Of a stretch of DNA of 24,849 nucleotides, positions 18,134-24,849 are shown one piece after another. The stretch is from a virus (taxonomy: Duplodnaviria; Caudoviricetes). The position numbers and the translations under genes are program-made. Position 1 is the stretch's first letter. Every line of letters starts with the position of its first letter. The stretch covers positions 1 through 24,849 of the IMG/VR virus record IMGVR_UViG_3300030333_007339. One strand, 5' to 3'. The notes beneath the pieces are model-generated. The model did no database searches and was not told the origin of the DNA. It saw only the letters and a list, made by a program, of their open reading frames with translations.

Positions 18134-19104
18134 GCGAGGCATTATTTTATAATAGAGATGAAAACATCTCAGGAATTACAGTTCCCGCAGAACTGTCGGG
18201 AATGTCCTATACTCCCGTTTATGGCTCCAAGGTGGAGTTCAAAGGAAACAATCACAGTTATGAAACTGATGATTTTTATTACAATTTAATTCCACTTTCA
18301 GTTAACAGTTTAACTGCGACTTTTAATGTTAGGTATGATGTCAATGAAGAGGGCGCTAGAAAATTAGCTACGTTTTTTGAGAGCAAGTCGGGAGATAGGC
18401 AGTTGGAATTTACTCCAGATAATTCTGGAATATATCAAACCGTGACTGGCTATTGTGATAATTATGCAATTAATTTTGTAAACAATCAACACTTCGAAGT
18501 AGCTTCTAGAATAAGCATAGATGAAGCTCCAACTTTACTTAATTGGTCGGGCGGAACGTTTGTTAATTTGCCATTTCAAGGATGGGGGGGTGCAGGTGTT
18601 CATTATCCTAAATACTCTGTAGTATATTCTGGACAAAACCCAGACGGAACAGAAAATGCCAGCAAGTTAGATAACTTTTACTATTGCACAGGAACCCATA
18701 CATCGTCTCCCACTAATAGTCCAACTGGAACAGCTTCTATGTGGACCAAGAAGTTTTTCTTTGAGCCTGATATTGGAGTTCAAAACGATGTTCCAATTAA
18801 AGCTGATGTATTAACTTACAAAAATTCATTTACACAACGACTCACAACAAATTCTAATATTGCAGCTTTTGAGATGAGTTATACTTTTAGTAACATAACT
18901 GATCATCAAGCCAAATCCATACTTCACTTTTTAGAAAACAAAGGAGGATACCGCAGATTTGAACATCAAATACCTTCTGTATATAATAGACCTAAAGTGT
19001 ATTATTGTCCTGAGTGGACTCATGAATGGAATTATCACAATTCCAATACTATAACTGTAAACTTTATAGAAGATCCGCTTGGAGTAATCCCAACAGGAAC
19101 ATAA
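18130..19104 (+). CDS. Distal tail (Dit/lambda gpM-like) protein, tandem duplicated, with an inserted CBM-like module
   Basis: Two gpM-like motifs (EEGARKLATFFESKSGDRQLEF; DHQAKSILHFLENKGGYRRFEH) flank W...YPKYSVVY...FYYCTGTHTS...P...W, which resembles CBM5/12. Confidence 0.6.
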   Translation: MSEALFYNRDENISGITVPAELSGMSYTPVYGSKVEFKGNNHSYETDDFYYNLIPLSVNSLTATFNVRYDVNEEGARKLATFFESKSGDRQLEFTPDNSGIYQTVTGYCDNYAINFVNNQHFEVASRISIDEAPTLLNWSGGTFVNLPFQGWGGAGVHYPKYSVVYSGQNPDGTENASKLDNFYYCTGTHTSSPTNSPTGTASMWTKKFFFEPDIGVQNDVPIKADVLTYKNSFTQRLTTNSNIAAFEMSYTFSNITDHQAKSILHFLENKGGYRRFEHQIPSVYNRPKVYYCPEWTHEWNYHNSNTITVNFIEDPLGVIPTGT

Positions 19105-19105
19105 G

Positions 19106-20191
19106 ATGGCTCGTAATATAATAAAAACCAACAATGCAGTAATTGCTGTGCAAAATACTGCAACTGCATTTTCTACAAGTAATTTAGATTTGAATCTTTA
19201 TGCGGGGGTTCAGTCAGCAAATTTCTCTTTATCATATTCAAGAGCCGACCTAAAACAGTTGGGGTCGCAAGGATTAGTAACGAGAGACACAATTAGACAG
19301 CCCGATGTAACTCTTAACATTGATTATCTTCCTGAACCAAAATTTGGAAACGAGGAATTTTCTCACTTTAGAGATTCCGCAGTTAATGTGACTTCTCAGT
19401 ATGCTAGCTTTTTTTCTAATGTAGGGGATAGGTCTACTAATTTTTATTTTTTAATAACTCCTGATGAGGATCAGGACGCTATTTCTAATTTAACCTTTGA
19501 CGAGACTCTTTTGGATTTGGACGGATTTACATCTTTGTCTTTTGGAAATTGTTATCCGACTCAATATCGAATTTCATATGCTGTGGGAGGATTACCTAAA
19601 GTTAGCACTAGTTACATTTGTTCAAACACAAAATTTGAACCTCTTACTGGGACCAGTATGCAATCCCCTGCTATTAATTTAGAAAGTGGTAACAACAATG
19701 AAGTCGGATTAAGTTTATTTCAGTTTGATCAAGGTAATACTGACCCAATTATTGTTAATCCAGCCTCGACTGGGAGTTCAGTTAATTTGCAAAACCTACA
19801 GGTGGGAGGCCAAAACATATCAGGAGTTCACTTAGTTCAAAGCGTTTCTTTAGCTGTGGACATTCCCAGAACATCTAATTATGGTTTAGGTAGTGATTAC
19901 GCTTACGGCAGAGAGCCTCAATATCCAGCAAGGGGAGTTTTTGAGGTTTCCTCTTTGGTTTCTGGAATGGAGAGCGGGGCGATGTCGGGAGTTTTGAAAA
20001 ATGACTCCGACTATAGCTTTGAGTTAGTTTTAGAAGGTAGTGGCAAACAAATGATTTATCAAATCAATGATGCCAAGTTGAACAACTACTCTTATTCTTC
20101 CTCTCTTGGAGAATTTTTTAATTTTAATGCAAGTTTTAGTTTTGAGGTAACTGAAGCAACGGGCTTGCAGATTAGTGGAACAAATTACTAA
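19106..20191 (+). CDS. Tail tube paralog (minor tail protein)
   Basis: Colinear with 4882..6051: VQSANFS/VQSANYS, FGNCY/VGNCY, VGGLPKVS/VGALPTVS, SPAIN/SPAIN, VQSVSL/VQSVSL, AKLNNYSYSSSLG/AKLDSESFSSSIG. Confidence 0.8.
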   Translation: MARNIIKTNNAVIAVQNTATAFSTSNLDLNLYAGVQSANFSLSYSRADLKQLGSQGLVTRDTIRQPDVTLNIDYLPEPKFGNEEFSHFRDSAVNVTSQYASFFSNVGDRSTNFYFLITPDEDQDAISNLTFDETLLDLDGFTSLSFGNCYPTQYRISYAVGGLPKVSTSYICSNTKFEPLTGTSMQSPAINLESGNNNEVGLSLFQFDQGNTDPIIVNPASTGSSVNLQNLQVGGQNISGVHLVQSVSLAVDIPRTSNYGLGSDYAYGREPQYPARGVFEVSSLVSGMESGAMSGVLKNDSDYSFELVLEGSGKQMIYQINDAKLNNYSYSSSLGEFFNFNASFSFEVTEATGLQISGTNY

Positions 20192-20571
20192 TCGTATTCA
20201 ACTTTTACGTTTTTACTTTCATAAGTTTTACCCTTGCGGTTTGGATGTTCTGCTCCATTTCTCTCTTTTGCATAATTATCATAGAACTTTTCCTTTACGG
20301 GGTCTTTTCCTCCCATTTTTTCAGCCCTCTTTTCGCTAAGTTCTGCCGATAAATCCATCATATCCCCCAGAGTTCCCTTTTTATTATAGGTGGCATCAAT
20401 AAATTGTTGCTTACTGAAAGGGTCCACCGAATTGTCTATCGAGGCGTTGGGTGACAAAAAAACCCTCTGCCACTCAACGCCATCCTCCTGATAAACATGT
20501 TCGTCATTCATCCCTTGAAAAACCTCACGGTATTCTTCGTGGTCGGGATGCTTGTAAACATAAATAGGCAT
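20188..20571 (-). CDS. FmdB-like zinc-ribbon family protein lacking cysteines
   Basis: MPIYVYKHP...EVFQGMNDE...WQRVFLSP follows the FmdB MPxYxY..E..Q.M...R..S.P pattern but has no CxxC. Confidence 0.6.
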   Translation of the reverse strand: MPIYVYKHPDHEEYREVFQGMNDEHVYQEDGVEWQRVFLSPNASIDNSVDPFSKQQFIDATYNKKGTLGDMMDLSAELSEKRAEKMGGKDPVKEKFYDNYAKERNGAEHPNRKGKTYESKNVKVEYD

Positions 20572-20906
20572 TATTTGATCTGAATTTCCCTAGCCTCTGC
20601 AACGGTTTTTTTAGGGAGGGTAAGTTTAAGAAGTCCGTTTTTAAGATCAGCGGAAATGTGATCCTCTGCCACTAGATCATTTAAATGTAATTTAAATTTC
20701 TGTGATCGGTCTTTATTTTTAGCTTGAAGCTCCAAAACTCCGTCAGAAACCTGAATAGAAACATCTTTCTTTGCGAAGCCAGCTAGCTCAACCTCCGCTG
20801 TATATACATCTCCCTTATCAGAAACGCAAGACTTCTTGCGGATCATTAAATCGCTAGGGGATAAAACATTTAAATCATTAAAAAGTGTGTTAATTAAAGT
20901 ATTCAT
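20571..20906 (-). CDS. hsp20: Small heat shock protein (Hsp20/alpha-crystallin family)
   Basis: YTAEVELAGFAKKDVSIQVSDGVLEL and ISADLKNGLLKLTLPK signatures. Confidence 0.92.
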   Translation of the reverse strand: MNTLINTLFNDLNVLSPSDLMIRKKSCVSDKGDVYTAEVELAGFAKKDVSIQVSDGVLELQAKNKDRSQKFKLHLNDLVAEDHISADLKNGLLKLTLPKKTVAEAREIQIK

Positions 20907-20914
20907 ATACTTAT

Positions 20915-20943
20915 ATTATAGCATAAAATATGCCTTTCTTCAA
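20915..20943 (-). promoter_or_regulatory. hsp20 promoter: TTGAAG-N17-TATAAT with extended TG, overlapping a GG-N10-GC sigma54-like motif
   Basis: Minus strand reads TTGAAG AAAGGCATATTTTATGC TATAAT ATAAGTAT ATG. Confidence 0.6.
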
Positions 20944-22019
20944 CTGCTATAAATACAGTCTAAAATAGAGTCTACTGTTTTGCTGTAGGTAAATTTGTCT
21001 GCTAATTTTTGTCCCTCTGTGTTAAGATGGCCAACTTTAGACTCAGCTTTTTCCATTGCCGCCACAGCTTCCTCTTCCTCCCAATTATGAAAAGTCCCTT
21101 GGTTAAATGGAATGGTTTCATTAAAAAAGATTCCATCAGCAACAGGCATGGTAGAGGATGGATTAACCAATATGCTGTTTTCTTCGTTGGCCCAATCTTT
21201 GTGAGAGGTTGCATTTAAAACAACACTCCATTTTCCTAAGCATGTAGCATTAAAAGAAGGTAGGTTCCAACCTTCTCCCCCAGAGAGTCCAGTTAAATCA
21301 ATATCAATTGAATTTAAAAGCTCATTTACCTCATCATTCTTCGCTAATTTTGGAAGAAAGTTAATATTGTTGTAACTTTTTCCCTCAAGGGTCGATTGAA
21401 GCATCCCTTGCATTTGGTTGGCTTGGAAGAATGGATTAGTAACACAACAGGTAAGTTGATATTTTGTGTTGTTACCGTATTTTTTCAGCCATGTTTGGAT
21501 TATTTTTTGAGTATGCTTTCTCTTTTCAAACTTACCCATTAAACCAAAGTGAACAACATCCTTAAGATAGGTTTTTTCAGTTCTTTTGAAATCTTCATCC
21601 AGCCCAAGAGGAATATGCATTCCTTTTGAAACACCACCTGACTTAAAATGAGATGCCGCTTCAGAAGAACTAAAGAAAACTTTCTCTTGAGCTTCGCAGA
21701 TTTTTATTTCTGTTGTAGTGGGCTGATTACACTCATAAAAAGTATAAAGATACTGATTTTTATTTTTTCTGTTTTCACTGCCATTTATATGCCAAATCTT
21801 TAAATTTGGTATCTCTGGATTCAGAAAATCAAACCTATCATTTATAGCTGATTCTATAAATGCCTTAAGTTCATCAGTCAGAGGATAAGCACTTAGGTCT
21901 ATGTCTCCAGTAGGAAATAAACCAAGACTTACATTTTTCCTCTGTAATTCCCTAACAATATTGAAAGTAACATTGCCGAGGCTTAGGCTATTAAGTGGAG
22001 CCTCTATTAGAAGTTTCAT
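20940..22019 (-). CDS. Glycosyltransferase, GT-B fold (family 4-like)
   Basis: HIPLGLD, FGLMGKFEKRKH and LSGGEGWNLP motifs of GT4 enzymes; 359 aa. Confidence 0.85.
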   Translation of the reverse strand: MKLLIEAPLNSLSLGNVTFNIVRELQRKNVSLGLFPTGDIDLSAYPLTDELKAFIESAINDRFDFLNPEIPNLKIWHINGSENRKNKNQYLYTFYECNQPTTTEIKICEAQEKVFFSSSEAASHFKSGGVSKGMHIPLGLDEDFKRTEKTYLKDVVHFGLMGKFEKRKHTQKIIQTWLKKYGNNTKYQLTCCVTNPFFQANQMQGMLQSTLEGKSYNNINFLPKLAKNDEVNELLNSIDIDLTGLSGGEGWNLPSFNATCLGKWSVVLNATSHKDWANEENSILVNPSSTMPVADGIFFNETIPFNQGTFHNWEEEEAVAAMEKAESKVGHLNTEGQKLADKFTYSKTVDSILDCIYSS

Positions 22020-22378
22020 TAAAAAGGAACGGAGTCTTCGGACTCTTCAGATTGCTCAGTTCCCGAGTCTGACTTTTTCGCAGAACTCAAAAACTGAAGG
22101 TCTTTGCCACGGATATAGTATTTGCTGAAATTTTTGCCGTCTTTTTCCCAAGATGACATGCAGAGTTCTCCTTGAACAATAAATTCTCTTCCCTTGGTTA
22201 AGTATTTTTCCGCGATCTCTGCGGTCTTATCCCAATACTCAATGTCAACAAAACATTTGTTTTTAGCGTTTGAGGTTGAAACTCCCGCTCTCAAATTGAC
22301 AACTTTTTTACCGTTGCTTGTGGTTCTAGCTTCGGGGTCTTTAACTAAATAGGCTGCGGCTGTGATTGAATTATACAT
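22019..22378 (-). CDS. ssb: Single-stranded DNA-binding protein
   Basis: LVKDPEARTT, WDKTAEIAEKYLTKGREFIVQGEL..SSWEKDG and acidic tail EESEDSVPF. Confidence 0.93.
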   Translation of the reverse strand: MYNSITAAAYLVKDPEARTTSNGKKVVNLRAGVSTSNAKNKCFVDIEYWDKTAEIAEKYLTKGREFIVQGELCMSSWEKDGKNFSKYYIRGKDLQFLSSAKKSDSGTEQSEESEDSVPF

Positions 22379-22943
22379 ATTTTCCTTCTTTTTTGACTTT
22401 GTTAATAAATCTATTGTGAATATTGATACAGCCCTGAATGCTCATGTCAAGTTCTTGTGCTATAAACCTCCAAGGTGTGAGCTTATTATTAATCCCCCCA
22501 TATCGCATGTCAACTATTTTTTTTACTCTTTCGTCTTTTTCTTCCTCAAGGCAAGATTCAAACACAGAAAGAGCCTCTCCTTTGTTTATATCGTAGATGA
22601 AACTCTCGCACTGTGGCTCTATGTAGGTATTCTCATCATCAATAAAAATTTCTCTATTTTTTTTCTTTTTATTGAGAATGTTTAGACATTTCCATTTAGT
22701 CTGATTAGCTAAATGAGTAGAAAATTTTGTTTTCTTATCAGGATTATAATTTAAAGCGGCGGAATAAATGGTTGAGTCTTTTTCTCCCACTAGTTGGTTT
22801 TTATCAACAACATTCTGTGGGTGAGACATGAAGTAATTAACCATGGAGTGGAAAATACCAGAATGACGATCAATGATCTCCAACAGACTGTCTTGGTCAT
22901 TATCGTCTTGAATTTTAGAAATTAGAGTCAAGTCGCTTTGCAC
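22371..22943 (-). CDS. Phage sigma70-family sigma factor (candidate late sigma)
   Basis: Region 2-like AALNYNPDKKTKFSTHL and region 4 HTH TPWRFIAQELDMSIQGCINIH. The start is re-assigned to GTG 22943 (track start TTG 22979) because a promoter ends 7 nt upstream. Confidence 0.75.
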   Translation of the reverse strand: MQSDLTLISKIQDDNDQDSLLEIIDRHSGIFHSMVNYFMSHPQNVVDKNQLVGEKDSTIYSAALNYNPDKKTKFSTHLANQTKWKCLNILNKKKKNREIFIDDENTYIEPQCESFIYDINKGEALSVFESCLEEEKDERVKKIVDMRYGGINNKLTPWRFIAQELDMSIQGCINIHNRFINKVKKEGKYV

Positions 22944-22950
22944 TGGACCC

Positions 22951-22979
22951 ATTATATCATCTGGTTCGCCTTTTTCCAA
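22951..22979 (-). promoter_or_regulatory. sigma70 promoter TTGGAA-N17-TATAAT (extended TGn) for a leaderless sigma-factor mRNA
   Basis: Minus strand reads TTGGAA AAAGGCGAACCAGATGA TATAAT GGGTCCA GTG. Confidence 0.6.
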
Positions 22980-22994
22980 AAAAAATAAATTCTG

Positions 22995-23097
22995 ATTATT
23001 ATAATAATAATATATTTATAAAACGTTTTACGTTAAGAATAACGTAATACTTAATCTATTACGTTATGGTTTTAATCGCCGTTGTCCCGTTTCACGG
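22995..23097. repeat. AT-rich cluster of palindromes/inverted repeats with four WACGTW cores
   Basis: ATTATTATAATAAT 22995-23008; TAAAACGTTTTA 23019-23030; ATAACGTAATA-N7-TATTACGTTAT 23039-23067; CCGT-TTC-ACGG 23087-23097. Confidence 0.8.
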
Positions 23098-23100
23098 TAT

Positions 23101-23128
23101 ATTATATGGGTCAATTTCAATCTGTCAA
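23101..23128 (-). promoter_or_regulatory. Consensus sigma70 promoter TTGACA-N16-TATAAT firing leftward
   Basis: Plus strand ATTATA 23101-23106 and TGTCAA 23123-23128. Confidence 0.7.
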
Positions 23129-23156
23129 ATTAATTTTCGGAATTTTTCTAATTGAC

Positions 23157-23186
23157 TTGACACGACATTGACCCTAAGTGTAAAAT
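23157..23186 (+). promoter_or_regulatory. RNR promoter TTGACA-N18-TAAAAT overlapping a GTGTAAAA late-type motif
   Basis: TTGACA 23157-23162, GTGTAAAA 23178-23185, TAAAAT 23181-23186. The ATG lies 8 nt downstream. Confidence 0.6.
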
Positions 23187-23194
23187 CCTTTAAG

Positions 23195-24166
23195 ATGATT
23201 TTCGAAGAACAAGTATCAAGGAAGCCCGACCATTATCCATGGGCGCAGGAGTTTATAGAGGCAATGCATAACGGTTTTTGGACCGACAAAGAGTTTAGTT
23301 TTAGTAGTGATATTCAGGATTTTAACGTAAATTTAAGCGAAGATGAGAGGGAAATGATCATCAGAACTCTTTCTGCGATTGGACAGATCGAAGTAGCCGT
23401 TAAGAAGTTTTGGAGCAAGCTGGGAGACAACCTACCTCATCCTAGTTTAACGGACCTCGGCTATGTGATGGCAAACGTTGAAGTTATTCACAATAATGCT
23501 TATGAGAGACTCTTAAAAGTCCTGGGATTAGAAGATGTTTTTGAGGAAAATCTAAAGCTCGACTTTATTGAGGGGAGAGTTAAATATCTCCGCAAGTATA
23601 ACCACAAGTTTTACAAAGATTCCAAGAAGCAATATGTGTATGCACTTACTCTTTTTACTTTGTTTGTGGAAAATGTTTCTTTGTTTAGTCAGTTCTATGT
23701 GATTAATTGGTTTAATCGTTATCGTAATGTTCTTAAGGATACTGGTCAGCAGGTTAAATATACCAGAAACGAAGAAAACATTCACGCTCTTGCGGGAATC
23801 AAAATTATCAACACCATCCGAAGCGAACATCCAGAGCTTTTTGATGATGAATTGGAGGAGAGGATTGCCAGCGAAGCTAAAGCTGCTTTTGTAGCAGAAA
23901 GTTACCTCGTAGACTGGATGGTAAATGGATTTAATGAAAAAGGTCTCAATGCCGACATCTTGAAAGAGTTCATAAAAAATAGAATTAATGACTCTTTAGA
24001 AAAAATCGGTTTTGATTCAGCGTTTGATGTTGACACTTCTTTATTGGAAGATACAATGTGGTTCGAAGAAGAATTATTGGGCAATAATGCCACCGACTTC
24101 TTCCATTCTAGACCCGTGGAATATTCCAAGAACTCTCAAACATTTGACGCTGACGATCTTTTTTAA
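23195..24166 (+). CDS. nrdB: Ribonucleotide reductase class I beta subunit (class Id-like)
   Basis: From ATG 23195 (323 aa): ligands E66, E96, H99, E159, E194, H197, plus Y103 and K70. C-terminal DFFHSRPVEYSK. Confidence 0.93.
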   Translation: MIFEEQVSRKPDHYPWAQEFIEAMHNGFWTDKEFSFSSDIQDFNVNLSEDEREMIIRTLSAIGQIEVAVKKFWSKLGDNLPHPSLTDLGYVMANVEVIHNNAYERLLKVLGLEDVFEENLKLDFIEGRVKYLRKYNHKFYKDSKKQYVYALTLFTLFVENVSLFSQFYVINWFNRYRNVLKDTGQQVKYTRNEENIHALAGIKIINTIRSEHPELFDDELEERIASEAKAAFVAESYLVDWMVNGFNEKGLNADILKEFIKNRINDSLEKIGFDSAFDVDTSLLEDTMWFEEELLGNNATDFFHSRPVEYSKNSQTFDADDLF

Positions 24167-24849
24167 TGAAGAAATACAAATGGCTTAATAAGGACTCTCG
24201 CGATTTTCTAAAAAGAGGGTATTTACAAACAGGCGAATCTGCCGAACAAAGAGGACATGACATTTCGGTTACGGCTGAAAAATATCTCAAGGTAAAAGGA
24301 TTTGCTGAGAAGTTTGAAGATTACCTTTCTCGCGGATTTTATTCACTAGCCAGCCCCATTTGGGCAAACTTTGGCAGAGAGAGAGGTTTACCAATCTCCT
24401 GCAATGGTGTCTTTATTGAAGACAGAATGGACGCTATTTTGGACAAGCAAGCCGAAGTAGGAATGCAGACAAAACACGGTGCTGGAACATCTGCTTATTT
24501 TGGAGACCTAAGAGAAAGAGGAGCGGAGATTTCAGCGGGAGGAACTTCCAGTGGGCCAGTCCACTTTATGGAGCTTTATGATAAGGTTTCTTCTGTTGTT
24601 TCTCAAAGTAATGTTAGAAGAGGATCATTTGCAGCATATCTTCCCGTTGAACATCCAGACATTACTGAGTTCTTAAGAATAAGAAGTGAAGGTAATCCTA
24701 TTCAGGAAATGTCTTTTGGTGTTTGTATCACCGATGAATGGATGCGTTCACTGATGGAGGGAGATAGAAAAAAAAGAACTATATGGGCATCAATTATCAA
24801 AAAGAGATTTGAGACAGGATACCCTTATTTGTTTTTTACAGATACAGCT
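24166..24849 (+). CDS. nrdA: Ribonucleotide reductase class I alpha subunit (partial, no N-terminal ATP cone)
   Basis: Not in the ORF track because it runs off the window. MKKYKWLNKDSRDFLKRGYL...SLASPIWANFG...GLPISC...GAGTSAYFG...SQSNVRRGSFAAYLPVEHPDI...ETGYPY. TAATG overlap with nrdB. Confidence 0.95.
   Translation, partial: MKKYKWLNKDSRDFLKRGYLQTGESAEQRGHDISVTAEKYLKVKGFAEKFEDYLSRGFYSLASPIWANFGRERGLPISCNGVFIEDRMDAILDKQAEVGMQTKHGAGTSAYFGDLRERGAEISAGGTSSGPVHFMELYDKVSSVVSQSNVRRGSFAAYLPVEHPDITEFLRIRSEGNPIQEMSFGVCITDEWMRSLMEGDRKKRTIWASIIKKRFETGYPYLFFTDTA

Noticed and set aside
22944-23194. ORF-track starts TTG 22979 (sigma) and TTG 23168 (nrdB)
   Set aside because: Both extensions run through promoter sequences. 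GTG 22943 and ATG 23195 fit the -10 spacing and expected N-termini better (ATG 22952 remains possible for sigma).
1-24849. CRISPR arrays, tRNA/rRNA, introns/inteins, integrase/transposase, contractile injection system or GTA, alternative genetic code
   Set aside because: No spaced repeats, cloverleafs, intein or recombinase motifs and no sheath were seen. Capsid, SSB, sigma and RNR genes indicate a true phage, and ORFs are intact under code 11 with TAA, TAG and TGA all used as stops.

Overview
This window is part of a large, AT-rich tailed-phage (Caudoviricetes) genome, probably with a non-contractile tail (no sheath gene here). It holds a head module (prohead protease with a nested scaffold, decoration protein, major capsid protein, adaptor), an inverted neck/tail-tube block, two probable tail chaperones, a 2403-aa tape measure protein (TMP) and three tail-tip genes. 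A leftward cluster follows (sigma factor, SSB, GT4 glycosyltransferase, Hsp20, Cys-less FmdB-like protein), then a palindrome-rich intergenic region and a class Id-like ribonucleotide reductase (beta complete, alpha truncated). Main leads: (1) a PD-(D/E)xK nuclease-like segment inside the TMP, bracketed by repeated [IV]PN[FY] motifs; (2) strong Ser/Thr-Gly enrichment in neck, tail and decoration proteins, suggesting virion glycosylation by the phage GT; (3) a TGTAA putative late-promoter motif, twice at the apex of hairpins covering start regions and once inside the protease gene ahead of the scaffold start; (4) an A9 frameshift site at the window start; (5) a tail built from internally duplicated domains, with three tube paralogs. 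All family calls come from motif recognition and synteny by eye; no database searches were run.
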